Positions 42,601 to 51,828 are shown, numbered from the stretch's first letter. The stretch: 64,000 nucleotides of DNA from an uncultured cyanobacterium (GCA_963793425.1 CAWCAG010000005.1:480001-544000), one strand, 5' to 3'. A program made the numbers and translations. The notes: generated from the letters alone by a model not told the origin.

Positions 42601-44538
42601 GGCAATCCCAGTGCTATAGAAGATGTAGTCGTTAACGCTACCCGTCATGTCATTACTACTACCGTAACAACTATTGCTGGATTTATCCCCCTGTTGGTGA
42701 GCGGAGGCCCTTTCTGGCAACCTTTGGCAATTGCCATCGCCGGAGGAATTAGCGGGTCTTCTCTACTCGCTCTCTATTTTGTCCCGGCGGTTTATTTAAT
42801 TATTAAGGGCAAACCAAAGCCCCATCAGTTCAAGAGGCAATATGAACCTAGTTTGCCCGATGAGCAAAAATTCAACTCAAAACCTCAAACCATTCCTTTA
42901 ACTACAAACACAATTATGACTAAATCAACAGTAACCATCTTTAGCAAACCAAACTGTCAATATTGTGTTCGCGCGAAAGCACTTCTAGATTACCTTGAGG
43001 TCAAGTGCCAAGAATATGATGTCACCGCCAGTCAAAGAAATGCTGATGCTTCAGTTTATTTTAGTGGTGTTGCTACCGTACCACAAATATTCATTGGTAA
43101 CTATCATATCAACGGTGCAGAAGACTTAGAGAAACTGGAAACAACAGGAAGGCTTGAAGAAATCCTGGAAATAGCCAAAGGTGATTTAGCTTTAGATACT
43201 TTTTCTGCTCAAGAACTACATCAGGGTGCAAAAGATGTCCCCCTACGGGAGTATATTCCCATGAGTGATGGTAGCAGAGATCAAGACGATGAAAGCTTAC
43301 CAATTCTACACTTCTACAAAGAGTTTTTCGGTTTTTGGCCCCATACCTTTGCTTACCTACATCATTGGCAAGAAGCCTACAAGCTTTTTGTCTACTGCCA
43401 CAACTTTTCTGCCGTAGGCTATGGTAAGCATTTCCTGAGTATGAAGTTAATGTCGGCTATTGGCTATGCCACGTCCCATGCTCATGGTTGTTCCTATTGT
43501 CAGGTACATAGTGCAGCAGCTGGGGGTGAACAATCTCAAGAGATTGTCAAACAGCTCAAACAAGGGCATCAAGGAAACAATAGTCTCTTTAATTCCTCAG
43601 AAATTGCCCTTGTAGATTTAGCAGCAGCAGCTAGTAAAAATGCAGTAGATAAAACTTTGCTGGCATCTGTGCAGAATACAGATGCCAGTCTGCAAAATCA
43701 GCTTGAAGGAACAAAGTTGATTACGGCTGCTTTTGGTTTTCTCAATGTTTTCAACGATTTGACTGGACTAGAAATCGAGGGGGATTGGGCAAGTCAAGCA
43801 CAAGAGAAAGTGGGTATTGAACCAGGACGACATGGCAAAGCAGATGCTAACCCCAACAATCTTGATTATGAAATAGCAAAGGGTGATTTGTCTATTCAAG
43901 ATATGTTGGCAAAATATGATTATGCCATAGATGATCTTGAAACTTATGCCCAAGAAGAATTTGGCTTATTTCCAGCCTGGATGCAAAATTGGACACAGCC
44001 ATTACAAAAGCGTCATGCTTATCTCTATGGCGAATTGATGGGTGATCGCAGAGATAGTTTAATTTCCTCTGAACTCAAGCATCTGATGGCGCGGGTAAGT
44101 GCGATCGCTAAGGGTCACGATTACCTAGCCGCAGTTGAGGGCTACATGGCTCATCATACAGCTAGTAATCAAGAAAAGGTGTTAGAGCGTATCCGTCAAT
44201 GTTTTGTCGCCGCAACTAGCCAAGAAGATACTAGCAGCATCTTTAAGGAAAAAGAACAAGCTGCCCTAAAACTTGCTTGGTTATCAGCCCAAGTCCCTTT
44301 GACAACACCTTATAAATTCATCAAGCCAGTGATTGAGTTTTATCAACCCCAAGAATTAATTCATTTGATTGTTGTTTGTTCCGTTGCTTCAATGGTGCAA
44401 CGCTTTGTTGCTATTGACAAAACAGCAATGGAAACAGAGGTAAGTCAGTTTTATATTCAACATTCAATGGCAACAAATTCTTTTCAAGTTCGCTATTCAT
44501 TGTCGGTTAATCAGCCGGATTTAGCTAAAAAATGTTAA
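39688..44538 (+). CDS. AcrB-family RND permease in frame with a glutaredoxin domain and tandem AhpD/CMD-like domains
   Basis: RND motifs (GLLIDNAIVVVD, WQPLAIAIAGG) to about aa 1040; internal ATG at 42916 begins TIFSKPNCQYC...TVPQIFIG (Grx), then HGCSYCQVH (AhpD-like CxxC) and a second ISSELKHLMARVSA repeat. Confidence 0.85.
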   Translation: MMVKPFYRNIRLLILTFILIIAWGILSFQSLPQQEDPELVSRVAVVKTAFPGASAERVEALVTEALEGEITEIEEIDTLQSDSRVGFSTVTIELVDSVANAQLIWSKVRDKINDASAFFPPGAGVPELEEVKIKAYTAIASLTWNQPSEPNYSVLRRYAEQLEVAMRGVEGTEEAKSFGAPNEEITVEINAPDLVTVGLSPQELAEQINFSDAKVTAGQFRSDRSNIAIEVDSELATIERIRQIPIQSNAGQFTRLSDIAQVNRTILQPPTNLALVSGKPAIVVGIIIKSGLKIGQWTEDVKAEIARFEAGLPQGVSLDLIFDQSEYVEARIGSLISNLVVGALLVVGVNLVSMGWRSSLVVGVALPLTTCMVFGWMSLLNIPIHQMSVTGLIIALGLLIDNAIVVVDEIQVEMQHGAKPLEALLKTVNYLKVPLFASTITTVLTFLPIVLLPGAAGEFVRSIALSVIMALISSLALSLTVIASLAARMLARSPEEAEQLKFKKTQPQKIIQKIKTFLSRPEAWWNQGFTSRSLARPYRQSLKFTASKPLLAIALTFCIPLIGFISAKTLDNQFFPSVSRDQFQIEVEFASSTAIAETEAKMLQGREIILANPLVKDVHWFMGESAPKFYYNFTGNRQNQSNYAQAMVQLNTDQDLEAIVQELQNELDVQFPSARILVRQLQQGPPYDAPVEMRIFGPNLAELRRLGMEVRGILATVPDVIHVRDDLTEALPKLGLSVDEEQAKQAGLTNTAIAQQLEAYLEGAIGGSILEATENLPVRVRVSNVDRADLSQIASIDLSAKGGGNSDFVSTSALGEFNLTPELANIARYNEQRVNTVQGYITAGVLPAAVLAKFQAELAANKFQLPSGYRYEFGGEQEQSSQAQGNLAQYVPLLLVVMITALVLSLGSFRQAGIVGGVAVGCIGTALFSLKVASAPLGFMAIIGIMGLVGIAINDTVIVLSALNEHPQAREGNPSAIEDVVVNATRHVITTTVTTIAGFIPLLVSGGPFWQPLAIAIAGGISGSSLLALYFVPAVYLIIKGKPKPHQFKRQYEPSLPDEQKFNSKPQTIPLTTNTIMTKSTVTIFSKPNCQYCVRAKALLDYLEVKCQEYDVTASQRNADASVYFSGVATVPQIFIGNYHINGAEDLEKLETTGRLEEILEIAKGDLALDTFSAQELHQGAKDVPLREYIPMSDGSRDQDDESLPILHFYKEFFGFWPHTFAYLHHWQEAYKLFVYCHNFSAVGYGKHFLSMKLMSAIGYATSHAHGCSYCQVHSAAAGGEQSQEIVKQLKQGHQGNNSLFNSSEIALVDLAAAASKNAVDKTLLASVQNTDASLQNQLEGTKLITAAFGFLNVFNDLTGLEIEGDWASQAQEKVGIEPGRHGKADANPNNLDYEIAKGDLSIQDMLAKYDYAIDDLETYAQEEFGLFPAWMQNWTQPLQKRHAYLYGELMGDRRDSLISSELKHLMARVSAIAKGHDYLAAVEGYMAHHTASNQEKVLERIRQCFVAATSQEDTSSIFKEKEQAALKLAWLSAQVPLTTPYKFIKPVIEFYQPQELIHLIVVCSVASMVQRFVAIDKTAMETEVSQFYIQHSMATNSFQVRYSLSVNQPDLAKKC

Positions 44539-44582
44539 ACGTTAAACGTTAAATGTTAATCATTAAATTTTAGCTGAACAAG

Positions 44583-45017
44583 ATGTTGACTTACCGTAAT
44601 CCTGCCCCCACAGTTGATATTATTATCGAATTAATTGACCAACCTCAACGCCCTATTGTCTTAATTGAGAGGAAAAATCCTCCTTACGGTTGGGCTATTC
44701 CTGGGGGATTTATCGATTATGGCGAATCTGTAGAAACTGCTGCCCGCAGGGAAGCAAAAGAAGAAGTTAGCTTAAAGGTAGAATTAGTTGCCTTGTTGGG
44801 GGTTTATTCCGACCCTAACCGCGATCCTCGTAAACATACAATGAGTGCGGTATATATCGCTACAGCAACAGGAAAGCCCCAGGCAGATGATGATGCTAAG
44901 AGTTTAGGAGTTTTCCTGCCTTGGGAGTTTCCTAGCAACCTTTGTTTTGATCACGATCTCATTCTTAAAGATTACAGACGCTTCCGCGATTATGGCTTGC
45001 TGCCGATTGTGAAATAA
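44583..45017 (+). CDS. NUDIX hydrolase
   Basis: Nudix box [31 protein letters not shown]. Confidence 0.94.
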   Translation: MLTYRNPAPTVDIIIELIDQPQRPIVLIERKNPPYGWAIPGGFIDYGESVETAARREAKEEVSLKVELVALLGVYSDPNRDPRKHTMSAVYIATATGKPQADDDAKSLGVFLPWEFPSNLCFDHDLILKDYRRFRDYGLLPIVK

Positions 45018-45126
45018 GGAAGATTAGTGAAGTAGCGTCATGAAACTCCCTACCCGAAGCAATAAACCTTGTAACCTAACAGAATTTGGTATGATTTAAG
45101 AAAAAGCTTTACCAAAGGAGAATTAT

Positions 45127-45339
45127 ATGGCTGAATACAGAAAAATTGAATATCGTATTGGTAAAGATGGCAAAATTACCGAAAAAGTACTCAATGGTTC
45201 CGGAGAAGGCTGTCAAGAAACCACGAAAGTTATTGAAGAAGCTTTAGGGAAAGTTGAGTCTCAAGAATTACTGCCAGAATATTATCAAGGAGATAATTAC
45301 TCCTCTACAGAAGATACTCAATCCTTAACTCAAAATTAA
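45127..45339 (+). CDS. DUF2997 family small protein
   Basis: AAGGAG RBS; IEYRIGKDGKITEKVLNGSGEGC...IEEALG...LLPEYY. Confidence 0.82.
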   Translation: MAEYRKIEYRIGKDGKITEKVLNGSGEGCQETTKVIEEALGKVESQELLPEYYQGDNYSSTEDTQSLTQN

Positions 45340-45353
45340 GCCAAGGTAAGAAA

Positions 45354-46124
45354 GTGGAGAGTCTTAATTTCTTTTTATTTGGTTGCATTCTTTGGTTGGG
45401 GATTGCTTGGTTAGGTTTAAGCTATTTGAGTTTAAACTTTTTTGCTAAGTCAGAACCAGAAAGAACATTTGCCTACGATTTGTTACTTAAAGAACGAATG
45501 CAGGAATTAGCTATACCAAATTGGCAAGTGTTACAAGAAAAGTCAGGGTTAACTTCTTTAAGTCTTACCAAAATACGTAAAGGGAAATTAGGACAACTTA
45601 GTGTTGATAAGTTAGAAAGATTGGCTACGGTTTTACACTGGGGTTATCAAGATTTGCTCCAAAATTTCAAGTCAATTTCTTTACAAGATTCTCCATCTCC
45701 TACAGTTGACTATCAAGAAAGAATAGAAGAATTACAAAAGCAATGTTCTCGCTTACGACAGGAATTAGACCAACAAAGCAAACATCTAACTGAAGATTGG
45801 CAAAGTTCAACTTTTCAAGAATTGCAAACCCTGTTAACTAATTATCCTACAGCTAAAAAGATTGCTCAGGTGAAAACGGATTTGCCTGCGAAGAATTTAG
45901 TTGCTTTATTTACTTCTCTGGATAATTTATTAACCAGTTGGAATTATGAAACTATAGGGCAAGTTTGGCAACAGGTTTGCTATGATCCCCAATTACATCA
46001 ACCTGACAAAGATGATATTGAACCCGGAGAAGAAGTTTATATTCGCTTCGTTGGTTATCGCCAAGGTGAAAAGATTATTTGTCCAGCTAAAGTAAGCCGC
46101 AGCCTACCACCAGGTGCGGGATAG
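45354..46124 (+). CDS. TM-HTH-GrpE-like protein
   Basis: N-terminal hydrophobic helix, Cro-like HTH segment, coiled coil, GrpE-type tail YDPQLHQP...GYRQGEKIICPAKV. Confidence 0.75.
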   Translation: MESLNFFLFGCILWLGIAWLGLSYLSLNFFAKSEPERTFAYDLLLKERMQELAIPNWQVLQEKSGLTSLSLTKIRKGKLGQLSVDKLERLATVLHWGYQDLLQNFKSISLQDSPSPTVDYQERIEELQKQCSRLRQELDQQSKHLTEDWQSSTFQELQTLLTNYPTAKKIAQVKTDLPAKNLVALFTSLDNLLTSWNYETIGQVWQQVCYDPQLHQPDKDDIEPGEEVYIRFVGYRQGEKIICPAKVSRSLPPGAG

Positions 46125-46160
46125 GTAAGTCAGTAACAAAAGTAATAAGTGTTATAAATT

Positions 46161-47741
46161 ATGACAGTGGTGGCCATTGATTTTGGCACTAGTAATACCG
46201 TTGTTAGTATCTTGGAGCCAGATACTAATATTCCTAGAACTCTACGCTTTCCTAATATTTCTCGTCTTTTTAGTCTCTCTTTTTTAGAAACAAGTAAAGA
46301 GACAATTGCCGCAGTTCCTAGTTTGGTTTTTGTTAAGAGTCCTACAGAAATCATCTTAGGAGAAAGAGTTCGTTCTCAGCGTTTAGGTTCTACACAACCG
46401 GAGCGTTTATTTAAAGCTTTTAAACGGGATTTAGCTACAGATTTTTGCCCCCCGCCCCGTAATATTGCAGGAGAAAGCTATACTCCAGAGTTAGTTGCTG
46501 AAGTTTTTTTACAAAATATTTATCAACAATTACAAGAGTTAAATATAGAAGCAACTCAAATTATTTTCACAGTCCCTGTAGGAGCATCTGAACGCTATCT
46601 TGATTGGTTTTGGGACTTGGCAGAAAAGTTAAGTTTACCTCAAGTACAGTTAGTAGATGAATCCACCGCAGCAGCTTTAGGTTATGCAATTAAGCGCCCC
46701 GGTTCTGTGGTTTTGGTAGTAGATTTTGGTGGCGGTACTTTAGATTTAAGTTTAATTCGTACCTCAGCAAGACAAAATCAGACAAATAAGGTGGTTTTGC
46801 AAGCAGAGGTTATTGCTAAATCTGATGCTTATGTGGGTGGAGAAGATATTGATATTTGGATTGTTGAAGATTATTTACAGCAAACCAATTCCTCAAGAGA
46901 GGCTATAGGAGAAATTGGCTGGCAAAATTTATTAGAATTAGCAGAAAAACTAAAAATACGTCTTTCTCAGACCACAGAAGCGAAAGAAAGTTGGTTTGAT
47001 GAAGAAAGTTTTATGTCTTATGAGTTGCAACTTACCCAGGATAAGTTAGCTGAAATTCTGGAGAATCGCCAGTTACTAGAACAATTGAGAAATGTTTTAG
47101 ATGAAGTTATCAGAACTGCTTTTAATCAGGGTGTGAATAAAAGTAGTATTGAACAGGTAGTATTGGTAGGAGGTAGTTGTTTAATCCCTGCAATACAGCA
47201 ATTAATCCAGTCTTATTTTGGTAAAAACAAAGTCAAACTAGATAAGCCTTTTCAAGCAGTTTCCCACGGGGCTTTAACTTTAAACAATTTAGAAAATATT
47301 CAAGACAATCTCCGCCATAGCTATGCGATTCGCATCTGGGAACCATTTAATAATAACTATTTCTATTACACTCTTTTTCCTAAAGGAACCTCCTATCCTT
47401 GCCAGCGAGAAGAAATTCTCACCCTACGGGTAGCAAATGAAGGACAAACCGAAATACGTTTAGATATTGGGGAATTGGCGGAAACAACTCAAGGAGAAGT
47501 AGAATATGATAGCCAAGGCAGAATGACTAGTGGCTATTTACTGCAAAATCAAGAATACCGTTCCTTACAAAGCGCTAGTGAGGAAGTTTGTCTAGCTAAA
47601 TTAAACCCCCCAGGAGAAATTGGCATAGATAGACTCGCTATAGAATTTGCAGTGAATGAACGTAGGGTATTGTTAGCAACGGTAACAGACTTACTAACCC
47701 AAAAAGTTTTGTGGCGAGATAAAGTGATCGCTAGGTTATGA
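46161..47741 (+). CDS. Hsp70-family ATPase (non-canonical DnaK-like)
   Basis: AIDFGTSNT, DESTAAALGY, VVDFGGGTLDLS, VGGEDID, LVGGSCLIP. Confidence 0.92.
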   Translation: MTVVAIDFGTSNTVVSILEPDTNIPRTLRFPNISRLFSLSFLETSKETIAAVPSLVFVKSPTEIILGERVRSQRLGSTQPERLFKAFKRDLATDFCPPPRNIAGESYTPELVAEVFLQNIYQQLQELNIEATQIIFTVPVGASERYLDWFWDLAEKLSLPQVQLVDESTAAALGYAIKRPGSVVLVVDFGGGTLDLSLIRTSARQNQTNKVVLQAEVIAKSDAYVGGEDIDIWIVEDYLQQTNSSREAIGEIGWQNLLELAEKLKIRLSQTTEAKESWFDEESFMSYELQLTQDKLAEILENRQLLEQLRNVLDEVIRTAFNQGVNKSSIEQVVLVGGSCLIPAIQQLIQSYFGKNKVKLDKPFQAVSHGALTLNNLENIQDNLRHSYAIRIWEPFNNNYFYYTLFPKGTSYPCQREEILTLRVANEGQTEIRLDIGELAETTQGEVEYDSQGRMTSGYLLQNQEYRSLQSASEEVCLAKLNPPGEIGIDRLAIEFAVNERRVLLATVTDLLTQKVLWRDKVIARL

Positions 47742-47824
47742 TTCAACAGTTAATTGCTAATTGTTTCAGGGTTGACAAAAGTATAGGATAATTTAACTTA
47801 ATAAAACTAAAAGAAGATTAACCC

Positions 47825-48313
47825 ATGAAGTACCTGAAACGACTATTAGCCCTTATTTTAATTACTATACTTCTGGGTTTACCTTTACCCGCCCAAGCCG
47901 TAGAAAGTAAGTTGATTTATAATAATCTTTCTCTCAAAGGAGATGATTTTTCCAACCGAGAATTAGTTGGGGCAGAGTTTGGCAAAACTAATTTAGAAAA
48001 TGTCAATTTTAGCAACTCTAATATGCAAGGAGTCGTTATTAATGCTTCTCCGGTTGCCGGGGCTAATTTACATGGAGTAGATTACTCCTACGGTATCACC
48101 TATCTGGAAAACTTTAAAGACTCCGACTTCACTGATGCCCAGTTTTTCCAAGCTTTGATGCTGCGGACTACTTTTAATAATGTAGACATTACAGGGGCAG
48201 ATTTTACTGATGCAGTTTTAGAAAAAACAGAAGTTAATAAACTTTGTCAAATTGCTAGGGGTGTAAATTCTGTCACAGGAGTTGCGACTCGTGATTCTTT
48301 AGGATGCAAGTAA
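47825..48313 (+). CDS. Pentapeptide repeat protein (exported or lumenal)
   Basis: Signal peptide ending AQA; A(D/N)F/Lxx repeats; C-terminal LC...GVNSVTGVATRDSLGC. Confidence 0.9.
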   Translation: MKYLKRLLALILITILLGLPLPAQAVESKLIYNNLSLKGDDFSNRELVGAEFGKTNLENVNFSNSNMQGVVINASPVAGANLHGVDYSYGITYLENFKDSDFTDAQFFQALMLRTTFNNVDITGADFTDAVLEKTEVNKLCQIARGVNSVTGVATRDSLGCK

Positions 48314-48414
48314 TCAATAATGCCTACGGCAACGGCAAAGCCTTGTAGTTATTAGTGATCTTTGATTTAAGAAACAATGCTTATCACAGGAGTTGCAACC
48401 CGCGAGTTATTATT

Positions 48415-49545
48415 ATGTCCTTAAAACGAGTTGGTGTCATTGGTGGTGGGCAATTAGCTGGGATGATGGCAGCCGAAGCAGAAGCTTTGGGTATTGAATT
48501 GGTGGTGCAAACTCCCGATTCTCAAGATCCCGCTGTTGCAGTAGCCAATGAAGTTATTTATGCCCCGGTAGATGATGCGGTGGCTACAGCTAAATTAGCT
48601 ACTCACTGCCAGAGTATCACCTTTGAGAATGAATTTATTAACCTAGCTGCCTTAAGCAAATTAGCCCAGGAAGGGATTTGTTTTCGCCCCAGCTTGGAGG
48701 CTTTAGCCCCCCTATTAGATAAATATAAACAACGCCTTTACCTAAAAAAAATTGGTTTACCTGTACCCAAATTCATTCTTTTAGAATCAGGGCAAGAAAT
48801 AACTTCTCCCTTTGGTTTTCCCGCTGTACTTAAAACTAGGCGCAACGGTTATGATGGCAAAGGTACATTTATTGTTAAAAACCTAAATGACCTCAAAACC
48901 ACCTGGGAAAGCCGAGAATGTCCCGACATTCTTTTAGAAGAATTTGTTCCTTTTAACCAAGAATTAGCGGTTATGGCTGCCCGTAGCCTCAAGGGAGAAA
49001 TCGTTATCTATCCAATAGTGGAAACCCAACAAGTAAACCAGGTTTGCCGCCGCGTCATTGCCCCAGCCCAAATCAACCCGGAATTGGTTTCTCAAATTCA
49101 GGCGATCGCAACTACCCTACTAGAAAAACTCCAAGTTGTGGGCATTTTTGGCATTGAACTATTCCTCACCGAGGATCAGCAAGTCTTAGTTAATGAAATA
49201 GCCCCCCGTACTCATAATTCCGGACATTTCACCCTTGATGCTTGCGAAACTTCCCAATTTGCTATGCAACTACAAACCGTAGCAGATTTACCCCTCGGTT
49301 CACCGCAAATGAAATATCCAGGGGCAGTGATGGTTAATCTTTTAGGTGATGAAACCTCTGTAAGTGACTACCAAGCAAAAAGAAGCCGACTCCAAGCAAT
49401 GCCCCAAACCTTCGTTCATTGGTACGGCAAAAAAGAGTCTTACCCAGGGCGTAAATTAGGCCATGTCACAACTTTATTAAAATCTCCAGATAGATCCGCT
49501 GCCCTAAAAATGATTCAAGCAATAGAATCCCTCTGGTACAGTTAA
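48415..49545 (+). CDS. purK: N5-carboxyaminoimidazole ribonucleotide synthase
   Basis: GGGQLA, TFENEF, GYDGKG, NEIAPRTHNSGH, GRKLGHVT; start taken at ATG 48415. Confidence 0.96.
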   Translation: MSLKRVGVIGGGQLAGMMAAEAEALGIELVVQTPDSQDPAVAVANEVIYAPVDDAVATAKLATHCQSITFENEFINLAALSKLAQEGICFRPSLEALAPLLDKYKQRLYLKKIGLPVPKFILLESGQEITSPFGFPAVLKTRRNGYDGKGTFIVKNLNDLKTTWESRECPDILLEEFVPFNQELAVMAARSLKGEIVIYPIVETQQVNQVCRRVIAPAQINPELVSQIQAIATTLLEKLQVVGIFGIELFLTEDQQVLVNEIAPRTHNSGHFTLDACETSQFAMQLQTVADLPLGSPQMKYPGAVMVNLLGDETSVSDYQAKRSRLQAMPQTFVHWYGKKESYPGRKLGHVTTLLKSPDRSAALKMIQAIESLWYS

Positions 49546-51080
49546 ACCTCCTGTTTACCCATTTCCCTGTCAGGGTCTATAGGAATTTCTATCCAAAATT
49601 CTGTTCCCTCTCCGGGGGCAGATTTGCACTTAATAATACCTCGGTGATATTTAACAATAATTTGGTGACTTATAGACAAACCTAAACCTGTACCTTTTCC
49701 TACGGGTTTAGTAGTAAAAAAAGGTTCAAATAAACGCTCTTGTACTGAAGTATTTATACCACCACCATTATCTTTAATAATAATGGCGATCGCGTCATTG
49801 TTTTGTAACTTAGTACGCAGATGAATTTGCGGTTTAGTAAACTGATCATTTAATTTACACTCTTCTTCGAGGGCATCTATGGCATTACTGATTATATTCA
49901 TAAATACCTGATTAAGTTGGCTAGGGAAGCAATTAATTAAAGGAAGCTTGCCATAGTTTTTGATTACTTTTATCTCTGGCCTCTTACCTCTTGCTTTCAA
50001 GCGATGTCTTAAAATCAATAAGGTGTTATTAATACCTTCATGAATATCAACTTTCTTCCTCGTAGCCTCTTCTTGGCGAGAGAATTTACGCAAATTAAGT
50101 ACAATTTGTTCAATACGTCCCGTCCCTAAACTCATAGAATTAAGAATTTTAGGTAAGTCTTGAATAAGATAATCAAGCTCTAAATCTTCTATTTTATCTT
50201 TAATTTCTTCTTTTGGTTGAGGATAATGTTTTTGATAAAGCTCAAGAATATCTAAAAGGTCTTGAGTATAAGATTGAGCATAGTCAACGTTAGCACTAAT
50301 AAAGGTTAAAGGGTTATTGATCTCATGTGCCACACCAGCTACTAACTGACCCAAGCTAGACATCTTTTCGGCTTGGATGAGTTGAGTTTGAGTAGTTTTC
50401 AAATTTGCTAAAGCATTCTGAATTTTTTCTGCTTGCTGACAGGCTTTTTTTTCTGCTAAGCGGCTTTGCCTAATCAGTTCAGCTTGTTCAAGATAAACTG
50501 ATGATTCTTGAGCTTCTTTTTCCTTTTGATACTGACTAACTGCTATGTCTAAACTTTTGAGGAGAATTTTACTTTCAGAAGAAACATCAAGAATATATTT
50601 TAAATGAAGATTATCTAAATTCCAATTCTCCCTTTTACTTTCAACTAAGGACTTGATAGCATGAAGATAATCTTGTATTTGTTGCTCTAAATTAATTGGT
50701 GCTTCATAATAAATTCTCTTTAACGCTAAGGAAGGTTCCCCAGGCAGATTAAGGCTAGAATTACCGTGAATTAGTCCCTGGTGTGATTTACTCATTAAAG
50801 CAACAACACCTAAAAGATTTTGGCAGAGCTTTTCTTGTTCTTCTTGATCTGATGTTGAAACTAATCTTAGGGCATAAAGGGCTGCCTGCTGAGATAGCAT
50901 TCTTTGTCTGCCGCTAATATTAATTACTGCTGCATTAATCTCTTGCCAATCAGCTATGTTGTTTATGTTAAATTGAGCGACCAAAGTTAAAGAAAGTAAT
51001 AGTTGAAAATCAAGTTTACTAGCAATAAATTGAGAGGAAGCTTGCTTGTTAGAAGTTGATACAGATACACTTGTCACCAC
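49542..51080 (-). CDS. Sensor histidine kinase with NarX/PilJ-like N-terminal sensor domain
   Basis: INISGRQRMLSQ motif; H-box VAHEINNP; DNGGG and GKGTGLGL. Confidence 0.88.
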   Translation of the reverse strand: MVTSVSVSTSNKQASSQFIASKLDFQLLLSLTLVAQFNINNIADWQEINAAVINISGRQRMLSQQAALYALRLVSTSDQEEQEKLCQNLLGVVALMSKSHQGLIHGNSSLNLPGEPSLALKRIYYEAPINLEQQIQDYLHAIKSLVESKRENWNLDNLHLKYILDVSSESKILLKSLDIAVSQYQKEKEAQESSVYLEQAELIRQSRLAEKKACQQAEKIQNALANLKTTQTQLIQAEKMSSLGQLVAGVAHEINNPLTFISANVDYAQSYTQDLLDILELYQKHYPQPKEEIKDKIEDLELDYLIQDLPKILNSMSLGTGRIEQIVLNLRKFSRQEEATRKKVDIHEGINNTLLILRHRLKARGKRPEIKVIKNYGKLPLINCFPSQLNQVFMNIISNAIDALEEECKLNDQFTKPQIHLRTKLQNNDAIAIIIKDNGGGINTSVQERLFEPFFTTKPVGKGTGLGLSISHQIIVKYHRGIIKCKSAPGEGTEFWIEIPIDPDREMGKQEV

Positions 51081-51203
51081 AGCTCAGAATCCTCAAGAGG
51101 CAATATCATTTACTTGAAGGCTTGGAGTACGGAAGTCAGAGATTGAAAACGTAGAAACACCAGCTTATCTAAACTAGGATGAACTATAAACGCAAATGTA
51201 GTT

Positions 51204-51217
51204 GTACTTGTTGATAC
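51204..51217. promoter_or_regulatory. NtcA-binding site
   Basis: GTA-CTTGTTGA-TAC, exact GTA-N8-TAC; second near-match GTT-N8-TAC at 51279-51292. Confidence 0.6.
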
Positions 51218-51366
51218 GAAACTATCAAAAAGGAAGTTGAAGTTTTTCTAAAATCGTGCTATTAGATTCATTGATGTAGTTATCTTTTATACAAAAAGTC
51301 ACTTTTTTCAACTTTTGCATTGGCGTTTAGCTTCGTTATAAAATAATGAGAACGTAGCCATCTTTT

Positions 51367-51828
51367 ATGTTAAATATCTCTTCAGAACATCTTGAGAAGA
51401 TCCGTAAACAGGGAGAAAGTACTTATCCTGAAGAATGCTGCGGTTTACTGATCGGAACATTACAGGATAGTAAAAAGATTGTACGCAATATTTTGCCGCA
51501 AAAAAATAGTTGGGGGGAAGACAATTCTTTTCCGGGAGAAAATTCTCAATTTGACAAACGCCGTCGCTTCAGCATCGCCCCCCAAGCTTTATTAAAAGCA
51601 CAAAAAGAAGCGAGAAAACTCAACTTAGCCATTATTGGTATCTATCACTCTCATCCCAATTATCCTGCCCAGCCTTCAGAGTTTGATCGGGCGATCGCTT
51701 GGTCAGAATATTCTTATATTATAGTTTCTGTAACCGAAGGCAAATCTGGAGACTTGTTTAGTTGGGTTTTAGATGATGAGGGGAAATTTCAACGGGAAGA
51801 AATTCTGCAAACTATTGAAACTGGGTAA
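51367..51828 (+). CDS. M67/JAB (Mov34/MPN) metallopeptidase
   Basis: YPEECCGLL and GIYHSHP...PSEFD (JAMM motif). Confidence 0.92.
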   Translation: MLNISSEHLEKIRKQGESTYPEECCGLLIGTLQDSKKIVRNILPQKNSWGEDNSFPGENSQFDKRRRFSIAPQALLKAQKEARKLNLAIIGIYHSHPNYPAQPSEFDRAIAWSEYSYIIVSVTEGKSGDLFSWVLDDEGKFQREEILQTIETG

